Shown piece by piece: positions 8,371 through 16,553 of a stretch of DNA of 64,000 nucleotides (the first letter of the stretch is position 1; every line of letters begins with the position of its first letter). The notes under the pieces are model-generated. The model saw only the letters and a list, made by a program, of their open reading frames with translations. It had not been told where the DNA came from and ran no database searches. The stretch lies in NCBI GenBank assembly GCA_964474755.1, contig CAYYUG010000002.1:3096-67095 (forward strand), written 5' to 3'. The DNA comes from an uncultured Rhodospirillaceae bacterium. GTDB lineage: Bacteria; Pseudomonadota; Alphaproteobacteria; UBA8366; GCA-2717185. Both the position numbers and the translations under genes were made by a program.

Positions 8371-8446
8371 CAGGATGGTTGATCTAGACGGTATGGCGGT
8401 GTTCGCAACGATTGATTAAGATGCACGTCTTTTGTGACAGAAGATC

Positions 8447-9214
8447 TCAGACCATTACGAGGCCGCCGTCTACATAAAGCGTCTGGCCGGTCATGAATTG
8501 CGCCCAATCTGACGCTAAGAAAAGCACTGGACCAACGACATCCTCTGGTCCAGCGATGCGGCGCAGAGGAGTTTGAGCGGTGATGGCGTCTTTGGTGGCT
8601 TCCTTGGTTGCAGCACTGGCCGCTGTTGGATAGACGAGCCCTGGCGCTACTGTATTAACGCGAACGCCCATCGGACCAAGTTCTGCCGCCAAATTGCGGC
8701 CAAAACCGATAAGCGCTGCTTTGGCGGTTGTGTAGTCGTGGTAGGGTACGACGGGTCGAGCAACTAAATCCGTTGCGATATTGACGATGGCCCCTTCAGC
8801 CCTTTGCAGCATCGAAGGCAGAACTGCTTGGGCTAAACCATGTGCAGACTTAACGGCGCCTTCGAACTGCGCCTGGTAATCCGACCAATCCAATTCCCAG
8901 TGCAGCTTCCGTTGCTCGGGATCAAACCGGTAGGGTCGAAAAGCGTTGTTCACCAGTACATCCACCTTGCCGAACGCATCCACTGCTCGGTCAACAAGAG
9001 CGAATGCCTGATCTCGGTCCGTGACATCAGCCTTAACGGCAATTGCGTCTCCACCTGCAGCCTCACATGCTGCTACGCTTGCATTCGCTGCATTCGTATT
9101 TTGCAGGAAGTTGACGGTAACGGATGCACCTTCTGCCGCGAACGCGTTGGCAATTGCTGCTCCAATGCCACGACTGGCTCCTGTGACTAGGACCGATTTC
9201 CCGGCGAAGTCCAT
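8447..9214 (-). CDS. SDR family oxidoreductase (FabG-like), last gene of the LuxE/LuxC-ABC operon
   Basis: VTGASRGIGAAIA glycine-rich motif, NNA(F) motif, YTTAKAA (YxxxK), and C-terminal GQTLYVDGG. Starts 17 nt after the substrate-binding protein stop. Confidence 0.85.
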   Translation of the reverse strand: MDFAGKSVLVTGASRGIGAAIANAFAAEGASVTVNFLQNTNAANASVAACEAAGGDAIAVKADVTDRDQAFALVDRAVDAFGKVDVLVNNAFRPYRFDPEQRKLHWELDWSDYQAQFEGAVKSAHGLAQAVLPSMLQRAEGAIVNIATDLVARPVVPYHDYTTAKAALIGFGRNLAAELGPMGVRVNTVAPGLVYPTAASAATKEATKDAITAQTPLRRIAGPEDVVGPVLFLASDWAQFMTGQTLYVDGGLVMV

Positions 9215-9231
9215 GATACTCGCTCTTGCTG

Positions 9232-10203
9232 CTATTTCGGAATGAGGTCGGATTTGATGACCGAACTCATAGTCAGATTAGCCTTTATTAGGCCAAGGCC
9301 TTTAAAGGTCTCAGCTCCTTTTTGGAGTAGATCTATATCAAAATGGCCGAGCCCTTTCGACCTAGTTGTTGCAGATTGAGCAGAGATATTGCGGATCTTG
9401 ATGATCGCGAGATTGATCGCTTCATTGCGACCATTAATGGAGCGTTTGATGGCGATCTTCGCCGCTTCTTCGGGCTCCGAAATCATCCAGGCCGCACTGT
9501 CACGGTATGCAGCGAGAAAACGCTTCAGTAGTGGCTTATTGGCCATGTAATACTCTTTTGTCACGACAAACATATCGCTTGGTACATTCAGGCTATCTGC
9601 AACGTTGATGACATTCACGTCGCCAAGGCCTTTTAACTTGCCGACATAAAGGCCTGTATCCGTTGCCGCCGTCGCATCGACTTGGCCCTGTATTACGGGA
9701 GCGAAGTTTAAAAGGCCCGTTACTTTAATTGTCACGTCCGTTTCTGTCAGGCCAACCTGGTGTAGGAGCACCTGAAGGTTTTGTCGCGTGCCGCTGGAGA
9801 GACTATAGACGCCAATCGTCTTACCCTTTAGATCCTCGGGCTTTTTAATGCCGCGGTCGGCAGGCGATACGACGTTAAAAACATTCTGAGGGTAGATGTT
9901 ATAGATTGCGACTAGCATCTCGCCCTTGTCGAGCGCCTGATAGAACGATGCTGGGTCTGTGAACGCCACGTCTGCGGCGCCGGAGAGCATATTTCGAATG
10001 GCGGAGCCGCCGCCAGCGCCCGGCACATACTTCATTTCGATATTTTGAGCCTTGAAGAAGCCTTTATCGGGTTCCGCCAGTATATTTGTAATCTCACTGA
10101 TCGGCTTGCTCCAACCAGCGATGCGCACCGTATCCATTGACTGCGCAGACGCAGAAACAGCGCTTAACAAAATTGCTGCTACGACGACGGTCCGAAACAT
10201 CAT
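9232..10203 (-). CDS. ABC transporter periplasmic substrate-binding protein, NMT1/THI5-SsuA/TauA-like (NitT/TauT family)
   Basis: Signal peptide MMFRTVVVAAILLSAVSASAQS. The body resembles NMT1/SsuA-type binding proteins. Start set to the ATG at 10203, which forms an ATGA overlap with the permease stop. The 94 upstream codons of the raw ORF are Arg/Cys-rich junk that overlaps the permease. Confidence 0.8.
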   Translation of the reverse strand: MMFRTVVVAAILLSAVSASAQSMDTVRIAGWSKPISEITNILAEPDKGFFKAQNIEMKYVPGAGGGSAIRNMLSGAADVAFTDPASFYQALDKGEMLVAIYNIYPQNVFNVVSPADRGIKKPEDLKGKTIGVYSLSSGTRQNLQVLLHQVGLTETDVTIKVTGLLNFAPVIQGQVDATAATDTGLYVGKLKGLGDVNVINVADSLNVPSDMFVVTKEYYMANKPLLKRFLAAYRDSAAWMISEPEEAAKIAIKRSINGRNEAINLAIIKIRNISAQSATTRSKGLGHFDIDLLQKGAETFKGLGLIKANLTMSSVIKSDLIPK

Positions 10204-10961
10204 TGATTTTGTCCTTTCATCCAGCCGGACAACAATTGATGTTCGACTAAAATTGTTAATTGGTAAAACAGCATTCCCAGAGCGGTAATTACGATAAATA
10301 AAGCGAACATCAGCGTTGAATCCATCATGCCCTGCGCGGTGATGATACTGGAGCCAAGACCAGCGGATCCGCCAATAAATTCGCCGACCACGGCACCCAC
10401 AAGTGCCAGGACAATGGCGACGCGAACGCCTGCCATAATTACCGGCAGGCCGGATGGAATTTTGAGCTTCAATAGTGTCTGCCAACGAGAGGCACCGAGC
10501 ATTCGGAAGAGGTCGCGCTTATCAGGGGTTATGGTTTGTAGGCCTGTCATTGTGTTCTCAAGCAGAGGAAAGAAGCAGATCAAGGCTGTGATCACGATGG
10601 TTGATGTCATCCCGAAACCGAACCAGACGATAAAGATTGGTCCAAGGGCGAGTTTAGGAACAACTTGACTGGCTAGCACATATGGCCAGAGAAGTTGTCG
10701 CAGAAATTCTATCTCTCCGAGGATGACGCCTGCGAGGAAGCCAATGATGCAACCGAGTGCAAATCCAACTAGCGTCTCGACTGATGTCACCCAGATATGG
10801 GGCCAAAGAAAGCCCACGGTGAGGCCGTCCCAAAGTACGCTGAGAACGGCAGATGGCGCAGGAATAACCAGTGCTGAAACCCCGGTCGTGCGGACTACAC
10901 TTTCCCAGAGTAACAGCAGCACTAAAAACAGCGTTAGAGAAAGGAAGCTTGTGCGGTTCAC
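10200..10961 (-). CDS. ABC transporter permease (NitT/TauT family)
   Basis: Six hydrophobic segments and an EAA-like loop (MLGASRWQTLLKLKIPSGLPVIMAG). The GTG start overlaps the ATPase stop (GTGA). Confidence 0.85.
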   Translation of the reverse strand: MNRTSFLSLTLFLVLLLLWESVVRTTGVSALVIPAPSAVLSVLWDGLTVGFLWPHIWVTSVETLVGFALGCIIGFLAGVILGEIEFLRQLLWPYVLASQVVPKLALGPIFIVWFGFGMTSTIVITALICFFPLLENTMTGLQTITPDKRDLFRMLGASRWQTLLKLKIPSGLPVIMAGVRVAIVLALVGAVVGEFIGGSAGLGSSIITAQGMMDSTLMFALFIVITALGMLFYQLTILVEHQLLSGWMKGQNQ

Positions 10962-11728
10962 GCTGTACCTCTCATCTCAGGTATCATCGCCTTTCGTAAT
11001 TCAAGGCATGCAGCATTGAACTCGGATGAATAGCGCTGTGTTTGATTGCGTGGTCGAGACAGTGCCACATCCGTTGCGAACACGATGTGTCCGGCGTCCA
11101 TGACCGCTACTTTATCTGCTAGATAAACTGCCTCGCCGATGTCATGGGTGACGAAAAGCACGGTGGTGTGGTGCAGTGCTGCGAGTTGAAGAAGGTCATC
11201 CTGCAATTCCTCACGTGTGATGGCATCTAGGGCTGCAAAGGGTTCGTCCATCAAAAGGCCATCAGGCTCTGTAATCAATGCACGTGCAAGCGCCACACGG
11301 CTTTGCTGACCGCCAGAGAGTTGGCCTGGATAACGATTAGTATGTTCTTCTAATCCAACCAGTTGAAGTAACTCTTTTGCTGCCGTCTGGTCTGTCAGTG
11401 TGATAGGCCGATGTAAAGAGACCGGCAACAGAACATTGTTTAGGATAGTCTGCCACTCAAGGAGCGACGGTGACTGGAAAACAAACCCCACATGTTGTGA
11501 AGGTTTTGGTACATCCGCCCCCAGCATTTTAACTGATCCAGATGTAGGTTGCAGAAGCCCCGCCGCCAGCTTCAATAGTGTTGTCTTTCCACAACCGCTC
11601 CGCCCGACAAGGCAGTGCACGCCCCCCTCTGGGACCGACCAGTTGATATTAGAGACTACGTCGCCGAAGGACCCTTCATAGGCGAACGTCGTTGAACTTA
11701 GATCAAGGAAACAGCTGTTAGTCGGCAT
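10958..11728 (-). CDS. ABC transporter ATP-binding protein (NitT/TauT family)
   Basis: Walker A GRSGCGKTT, signature LSGGQQSRVALARAL, Walker B LLMDEPF. The ATG at 11728 overlaps the LuxC-like stop by 11 nt. Confidence 0.88.
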   Translation of the reverse strand: MPTNSCFLDLSSTTFAYEGSFGDVVSNINWSVPEGGVHCLVGRSGCGKTTLLKLAAGLLQPTSGSVKMLGADVPKPSQHVGFVFQSPSLLEWQTILNNVLLPVSLHRPITLTDQTAAKELLQLVGLEEHTNRYPGQLSGGQQSRVALARALITEPDGLLMDEPFAALDAITREELQDDLLQLAALHHTTVLFVTHDIGEAVYLADKVAVMDAGHIVFATDVALSRPRNQTQRYSSEFNAACLELRKAMIPEMRGTA

Positions 11729-13157
11729 AGGGCGCCAACCTGTCTGCAGCTGCAAATGCCCGGCCATCGATCTCAACAATCCGAACAAGGTCGCTCAAAT
11801 TAAACCGACCATCATGATGCCATCCGGCCTCTGGCGCGGTCATATCGCCAACCGCCGCTATTCGCGTAACTCCGGCTGCGCCCAAATCCTGAGAAAGACT
11901 TAACAGCCGTTGCGGTGAAACTGCAATTCCAACGGTTTGCAAAAGGCGCTTGTATCGGGCTGCGCGGATGGGGACGCTCGCCAGGTCATCGACTGCGACG
12001 ACACGAATTGTCCGGTTCAGAGCGCTCGGCCTGAAACCGTCCTCGTCTTCAAGATAGGACACCGACCAAGCGCCATTCGTATCGCCGACGACCTCTGCGC
12101 CGGCGACCAATTCTTCTGCATTTCGCCAATCTGCGACGCTGGAGGCTTCTGGAATGCTGAGTGGTCGGCGGGGGAACTTACGCTCCAGCGTCGCTAATTC
12201 GTGTGCCAGAAACTGGGCGAACTGTCGGGGCGCGACCGTGCCACCAGTCTCCGCAAAAATGACATGTGGGCTAAAGCAGCCATGTTGGTCATAGCGCGCA
12301 ACATCATATGCGACTAGACGCGCTGTTACTGAGCATTTTTCTGCATCCATTGCTTCTCGCCCGATTAGGCTAAAGCTGACCTTATGTCCGTGGGCCAGAA
12401 ACCGCGTCGTGATTGGAATTCGGGACTGGATCGCAGAGAGCGCTTCATTGCCGCCGTAAGCCAGCGCTATATCGGCCTCTGCAAGCAGCGCGTTTTCTGC
12501 ATCCTCTTCTCCACCTTTCCACCAAACAATGGCGATGCAGTCAGCTAATTCGGGCTCAATTTCAGACAGTAATTTTACGAACCAAGTTGCAAACATTGGC
12601 TCAGCGCTTGGAACTTTACCAATTGTTCCGGATTTAACCAGAAGCCCTGAAACAAGACTCCAAAGTGGCAAACCAGGTACATTTCCAGCCCAAATATGTG
12701 CGCAAATTTCCGGACCGAAGGCTAAGCCATGGCCGCCCTTGGCTAACGGTTGAAACTGATCCAATATTGCCGGGTTAGGGAAATCTTCCGCTAGAAACCG
12801 CTGAAGCTCCGGTTTCCTAAAAGATTTGAGATACTGCGTTAGACCAAGTCGAAGCATTTCCCGGTCATAGCCTGTAATAGCAGGTAAAACCTCTTCCATG
12901 CGGCGACGGTACGGGTCATCCCGGTCAAGTAAACGGGCAATTGCCTTATCTATGATCTCGACTATCCGCCTCACCGGATATGTCGCGAGGGTTTGTCGAG
13001 TATGCCTTCTAATATGTTCAGCTAACGACTGAACATCAGGGCCTGTTATAACAGGCACATCAATTTTTAGATCCCATCCTGATTTATCAAAGAGCAGCGT
13101 CTCCCAATCCAACGTTGTTGGATCAAGACCTGGCAAATGGCATGCGCGTTCATTCAT
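11718..13157 (-). CDS. LuxC-family acyl-CoA/acyl-protein reductase (aldehyde-forming) homologue
   Basis: HIWAGNVPGLPLWSLVSGLLVKSGTIGKVPSAEP, active-site-type YDQHGCFSP and C-terminal WHHDGRFNLSDLVR align, from memory, with Photobacterium/Vibrio LuxC blocks. The ATG lies 5 nt after the LuxE-like stop. Confidence 0.8.
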   Translation of the reverse strand: MNERACHLPGLDPTTLDWETLLFDKSGWDLKIDVPVITGPDVQSLAEHIRRHTRQTLATYPVRRIVEIIDKAIARLLDRDDPYRRRMEEVLPAITGYDREMLRLGLTQYLKSFRKPELQRFLAEDFPNPAILDQFQPLAKGGHGLAFGPEICAHIWAGNVPGLPLWSLVSGLLVKSGTIGKVPSAEPMFATWFVKLLSEIEPELADCIAIVWWKGGEEDAENALLAEADIALAYGGNEALSAIQSRIPITTRFLAHGHKVSFSLIGREAMDAEKCSVTARLVAYDVARYDQHGCFSPHVIFAETGGTVAPRQFAQFLAHELATLERKFPRRPLSIPEASSVADWRNAEELVAGAEVVGDTNGAWSVSYLEDEDGFRPSALNRTIRVVAVDDLASVPIRAARYKRLLQTVGIAVSPQRLLSLSQDLGAAGVTRIAAVGDMTAPEAGWHHDGRFNLSDLVRIVEIDGRAFAAADRLAPYAD

Positions 13158-13162
13158 AACAA

Positions 13163-14323
13163 CTAGGTGCCGCTGGCAGCTTTTAAAAACTCATCGACCG
13201 CCATCGAGCAACCCTGTGCCTCTATTCCGGCCGCGCGACCAATTAGTTGGAAGCCGTTATCGATAGCGACGCCAGCATCCTCCGTTAGTATCGTTGTGCA
13301 GATGTTGAAGTGTGCTAGGTCTGTATGTGCCAAAATGCCCGTCTGACTGTCCGGTATGCTCTCGCCCGTTAGTGGGTTGACTACCCGCGTTCGCAGCCAA
13401 TGTGGGCCAGACTTGACGGATGGGCAGCTTATATTGCCGTCATCGTAAAACTGGGATGAAAGCTCCGTCATACCGTACATATTAATGCAATGACTGCGTG
13501 GCACCCCAAACGCCGTTTCGAGACAATTATAAAACTCATCCTGCTGCAATTCGCGAGATTGGCCTTTGAAGCCACCGGTGTCCAAAATCCGGCTACCTGA
13601 GGGTAAAACAACCGTGTGGCCGATCCGTGCCATTTCATCCAGCACATGGACAAGGCTGAAGCTTGCGCCAAGCAGCGCGTAGGGTTGGTTTGTCTGTTCA
13701 GCTTCTGCAAGGTCTTCAAAGAGATGGCTGAATTCTATTCCGCTGGCGCCCATAAGGTGGCGGCTGTTGTTGATGCCGAAGTCCCGGACCGCGAGGTCAA
13801 GGTAATGCGCCAGAGAAGAGTTCGGCATTAGCGATGGAGGCGGAAACACAATGCCCATCTTTATCCGCTCATATCTGCCCATGAAACGGTCACGGAAGTT
13901 TCGGCGCATGGAGGCGTCGTAGATATCCAATACGGGGTGATAACTTTTACCGCGCACTCCTCCTAAGGTAGTGCCGCTAGTCATAAAAATTGCCTCTGCT
14001 TCTTCTATCGGTGAGCAGGACAAATTCATGGTCTTGAAGGCGTTAATCGGGACGGCGGGAATATCCTTCCAGGATTTGACAGTGCGCGGGGTTTTACCGC
14101 GTTTCCGAGCGAATTTCATGAACGGTTCGTTGTTTTTGAATTGATATGCAAAAAGCTTTAGCGCCACATCGTTGAACGCGGTGTCATCTGTGCCTTCCAT
14201 TTCGATAAAGTCTAAGACGGTGGCTATAATTTCTTCCTGGTCCATCGATTCGTCTTTCACGCTCAGTGACGGTGATGGGTCGCGCGGCGCTGAAAAGGAA
14301 TTTAATGGATGAGAAAATTCCAT
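13163..14323 (-). CDS. LuxE-family acyl-protein synthetase (adenylate-forming) homologue
   Basis: DIPAVPINAFK, FMTSGTT adenylation motif, DTGGFKG, and a C-terminal QGCSMAV cysteine in the position of the acylated Cys of LuxE (from memory). Start ambiguous: TTG 14356, ATG 14323 (GGAGG upstream, used here) or ATG 14245. Confidence 0.78.
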   Translation of the reverse strand: MEFSHPLNSFSAPRDPSPSLSVKDESMDQEEIIATVLDFIEMEGTDDTAFNDVALKLFAYQFKNNEPFMKFARKRGKTPRTVKSWKDIPAVPINAFKTMNLSCSPIEEAEAIFMTSGTTLGGVRGKSYHPVLDIYDASMRRNFRDRFMGRYERIKMGIVFPPPSLMPNSSLAHYLDLAVRDFGINNSRHLMGASGIEFSHLFEDLAEAEQTNQPYALLGASFSLVHVLDEMARIGHTVVLPSGSRILDTGGFKGQSRELQQDEFYNCLETAFGVPRSHCINMYGMTELSSQFYDDGNISCPSVKSGPHWLRTRVVNPLTGESIPDSQTGILAHTDLAHFNICTTILTEDAGVAIDNGFQLIGRAAGIEAQGCSMAVDEFLKAASGT

Positions 14324-14572
14324 TTCCTCCGCCGGTATGATCCGGGTCAGGTTCAAAGGATCGTCGCACCGGCGAGCCTAAATTTGCACGCCTATCGACA
14401 TCTCAGCCTCTAAAGCGAGGCTCTCCTATGGTTAGCTACTCAAAAATTAGGCTGTGAAGGTACTTAACGTCAACCCATGCCACGATGGTTTAACGTGGGA
14501 TAGCCAACCTTTGGTGGCCAATCCAGTTTGGATGCTAGGACGCATGATTAGGCTGATGTTGCTGCAAGTTGG

Positions 14573-14605
14573 CTATTAAATAGTGACGCGAGTCCTATTT
14601 AATAG
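14573..14605. repeat. perfect 11-bp inverted repeat with 11-nt spacer in the divergent control region
   Basis: CTATTAAATAG (14573-14583) and CTATTTAATAG (14595-14605) are exact reverse complements. Confidence 0.6.
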
Positions 14606-15127
14606 AACGCTTTTCCAGCGAAACAGTGGTGCAATAGTAGACTTGCAAAAATTATATAAGGTCATTTGCAAATATTGAATAATCTTAGGGACGGCAAATT
14701 TTGTGTCAGTAGCCGACTGGATCCCCGAATTTGGGCTGGCCTTAAAGTTGGGTTTTCCAGCTACTTCGTCGGGCTGCATAAGGAAACAGATAGAAAACGA
14801 TCATCTTTAAGTAGTATTGGGGAAAATTTAAGGCAGTAATTCGATCCTATCACTTATATTTTCAGCGTGAAATCTGTAGGCTACTGGTTTGTGTCCCCTT
14901 TTTAATGCTATTTTTTTTACGCAGAGCATCGGGTTAATGCTTCATATTCCAAATTGAAATTTTCAGTTCCGACATTATTTTAATTTGTTGAGGATTGTTG
15001 TGCTCGTTTTTTACGCCTGTTCATTAGGCTATGGTGCAGGAAGAATTGGTATGCACCAGAGACTTGGGACTTGGATAAGACGGGTGCTCTATGCCACGAT
15101 GTTTCGATTGCAATCGGAGGTCATACC

Positions 15128-16396
15128 ATGGACGACGGCAAGGTTATCGAAAATACCAAAGCGGAAAGCGCATTATCACCTTATGTGCCGACCCTCCAGC
15201 TGACCGAAGGGCAGCCGCCGCCCATCGCTGCCCATGGTGGGCTCTCCTACATGTCCTTTGATAAAGACGGTGATGCGGGAACCGCTTACGCGTTGAAGGA
15301 TGCATTTGCTCAGCTTGCTGAAGGTGAGGGGCAACGAGTTCTTGACATGATCGATGACGCGCCGCCGGGCCCGGTTGAGACCAAATGGGGCCTTGGCTTC
15401 CGCAAGTATGAAGAGTGCATGGAATACATTCGCGCTCAAGGTATCAAAGCTCCAGAAGGTGGTTTGGCCCTGCCGCTTCCCTATACGATTTATGAGCGAC
15501 CGACTTATTCAGTTGTGCCTTCCAATGCTGTCTGGAACGATCCGGCGCGGGCGGCGGAGGCGAAAATTTTGCGTAAGGAGGAAGAAGATACGCGGCGACG
15601 TAATTTGTTCTTCCCGCAGTTAATGCGCGACGCGCGACGGATGGAAGATTACCATCCTGGTCTTTCGCCGAACAGTCCTGAGTGCATGGATAAGCTTGGT
15701 GTTTCCCTCGCTCACCTCGAGTCCAATTGTGAAAATTTCTACGATTCTACTGAAGTGGAACGCGTGTTCTATCCAGAGATCGAACAGCTTCTCCTAGATT
15801 TCTTTCCGGGAGCAACGGACGCGCTGGTCTACAATCACGACGTCTTTGACAAGGACTATATGGGCGACCGTACTGAGGATCAGGACGCCAAGAACCCGGG
15901 AGTGAACGCTCGCTACGCCAATCTTGTGCACAACGACCTGAATGACAATAGTGGTCGCGTCCGTTGTAGAGAACTGCTGACGAATAACCTGCGCAATTTC
16001 GGCCGGAAACAGAACTACACGGAGGCCGAGGCGGACGCGAAGATGTCGCGGCGTTTCATGTCGATTAATCTCGCTAAGCCAATGGAGACGGTCGAACAGT
16101 TCCCCTTCGTTCTGTGTGCCTGGCCATCCTTTGCGGACCAACCCTATATCAATAACTATCGTATCTATGACGACCGGGTCGGCGAAACCACGCGTTTCAC
16201 CTATCGTAAGGATCACGAGTGGTATTGGGTCCCGCAGCAGACCTCTACAGAGGTGTCAATGCTGAAGTGCTACGATTCAGTGACAGATGGCTCCGTTTCG
16301 CGCTGGTCATTCCACACCGCCTGTATCGACCCGACGGTTTCAGTCGACGCACCGTGCCGCAAAAATATCGTGGTCCGCTCTTACATCTTCTTCTAG
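15128..16396 (+). CDS. CmcJ/NvfI/AsaB-like (non-heme Fe/2OG oxygenase-related) protein with ~190-aa N-terminal extension of unknown type
   Basis: The C-terminal ~230 aa carry family-typical blocks: VFYPEIEQLLLDFFPGATDALVYNHDVF, LVHNDLNDNSG (HxD), RFMSINLAKP, HEWYWVPQQTSTEVSMLKCYDS, and SFHTACIDP...RKNIVVRSYIFF. Start set to the ATG at 15128 (GGAGG 8 nt upstream) rather than the TTG at 15071. Confidence 0.65.
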   Translation: MDDGKVIENTKAESALSPYVPTLQLTEGQPPPIAAHGGLSYMSFDKDGDAGTAYALKDAFAQLAEGEGQRVLDMIDDAPPGPVETKWGLGFRKYEECMEYIRAQGIKAPEGGLALPLPYTIYERPTYSVVPSNAVWNDPARAAEAKILRKEEEDTRRRNLFFPQLMRDARRMEDYHPGLSPNSPECMDKLGVSLAHLESNCENFYDSTEVERVFYPEIEQLLLDFFPGATDALVYNHDVFDKDYMGDRTEDQDAKNPGVNARYANLVHNDLNDNSGRVRCRELLTNNLRNFGRKQNYTEAEADAKMSRRFMSINLAKPMETVEQFPFVLCAWPSFADQPYINNYRIYDDRVGETTRFTYRKDHEWYWVPQQTSTEVSMLKCYDSVTDGSVSRWSFHTACIDPTVSVDAPCRKNIVVRSYIFF

Positions 16397-16460
16397 AAGG
16401 ACGCGAAGGGGAAAAGGGTTTATGGGACCGGACGAGAGAATCGCGCATCTCTTGCCAAAT

Positions 16461-16485
16461 GGGTTTTCCTTAAAACCCGATTTTT
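16461..16485 (+). terminator. rho-independent terminator after the CmcJ-like gene
   Basis: GGGTTTT-cctt-AAAACCC followed by GATTTTT. Confidence 0.6.
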
Positions 16486-16520
16486 CCGACTGGTCGTATA
16501 CGCGGTTAGGGACAAATTAA

Positions 16521-16553
16521 CACGTTGCATTTGCAATATTCGCACGTTGCATT
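16521..16553. promoter_or_regulatory. 11-bp direct repeat (CACGTTGCATT x2, 22-bp phasing) upstream of nuoA
   Basis: CACGTTGCATT at 16521-16531 and 16543-16553. The first copy runs into TTGCA-tt-TGCAA dyad symmetry. It lies ~165-200 nt upstream of the nuoA start. Confidence 0.35.

Noticed and set aside
9232-10485. Full 417-aa version of the substrate-binding protein ORF.
   Set aside because: The first 94 codons (RRSRRHCPGTCGCRGRRIYW...) overlap the permease gene and have non-protein-like composition. A canonical signal peptide begins at the internal ATG (10203), which forms an ATGA overlap with the permease stop.
2090-14356. Idea that the LLM (luciferase-like), the OYE flavin reductase-type enzyme and the LuxC/LuxE homologues together form a cryptic bioluminescence (lux) system.
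   Set aside because: The LLM is of the Rv2161c/F420-type rather than the LuxA/LuxB type. It lies ~9 kb away on the opposite strand in a separate transcription unit. There is no second luciferase subunit, no LuxD acyltransferase and no LuxG. The LuxE/LuxC pair is instead coupled to an ABC importer.
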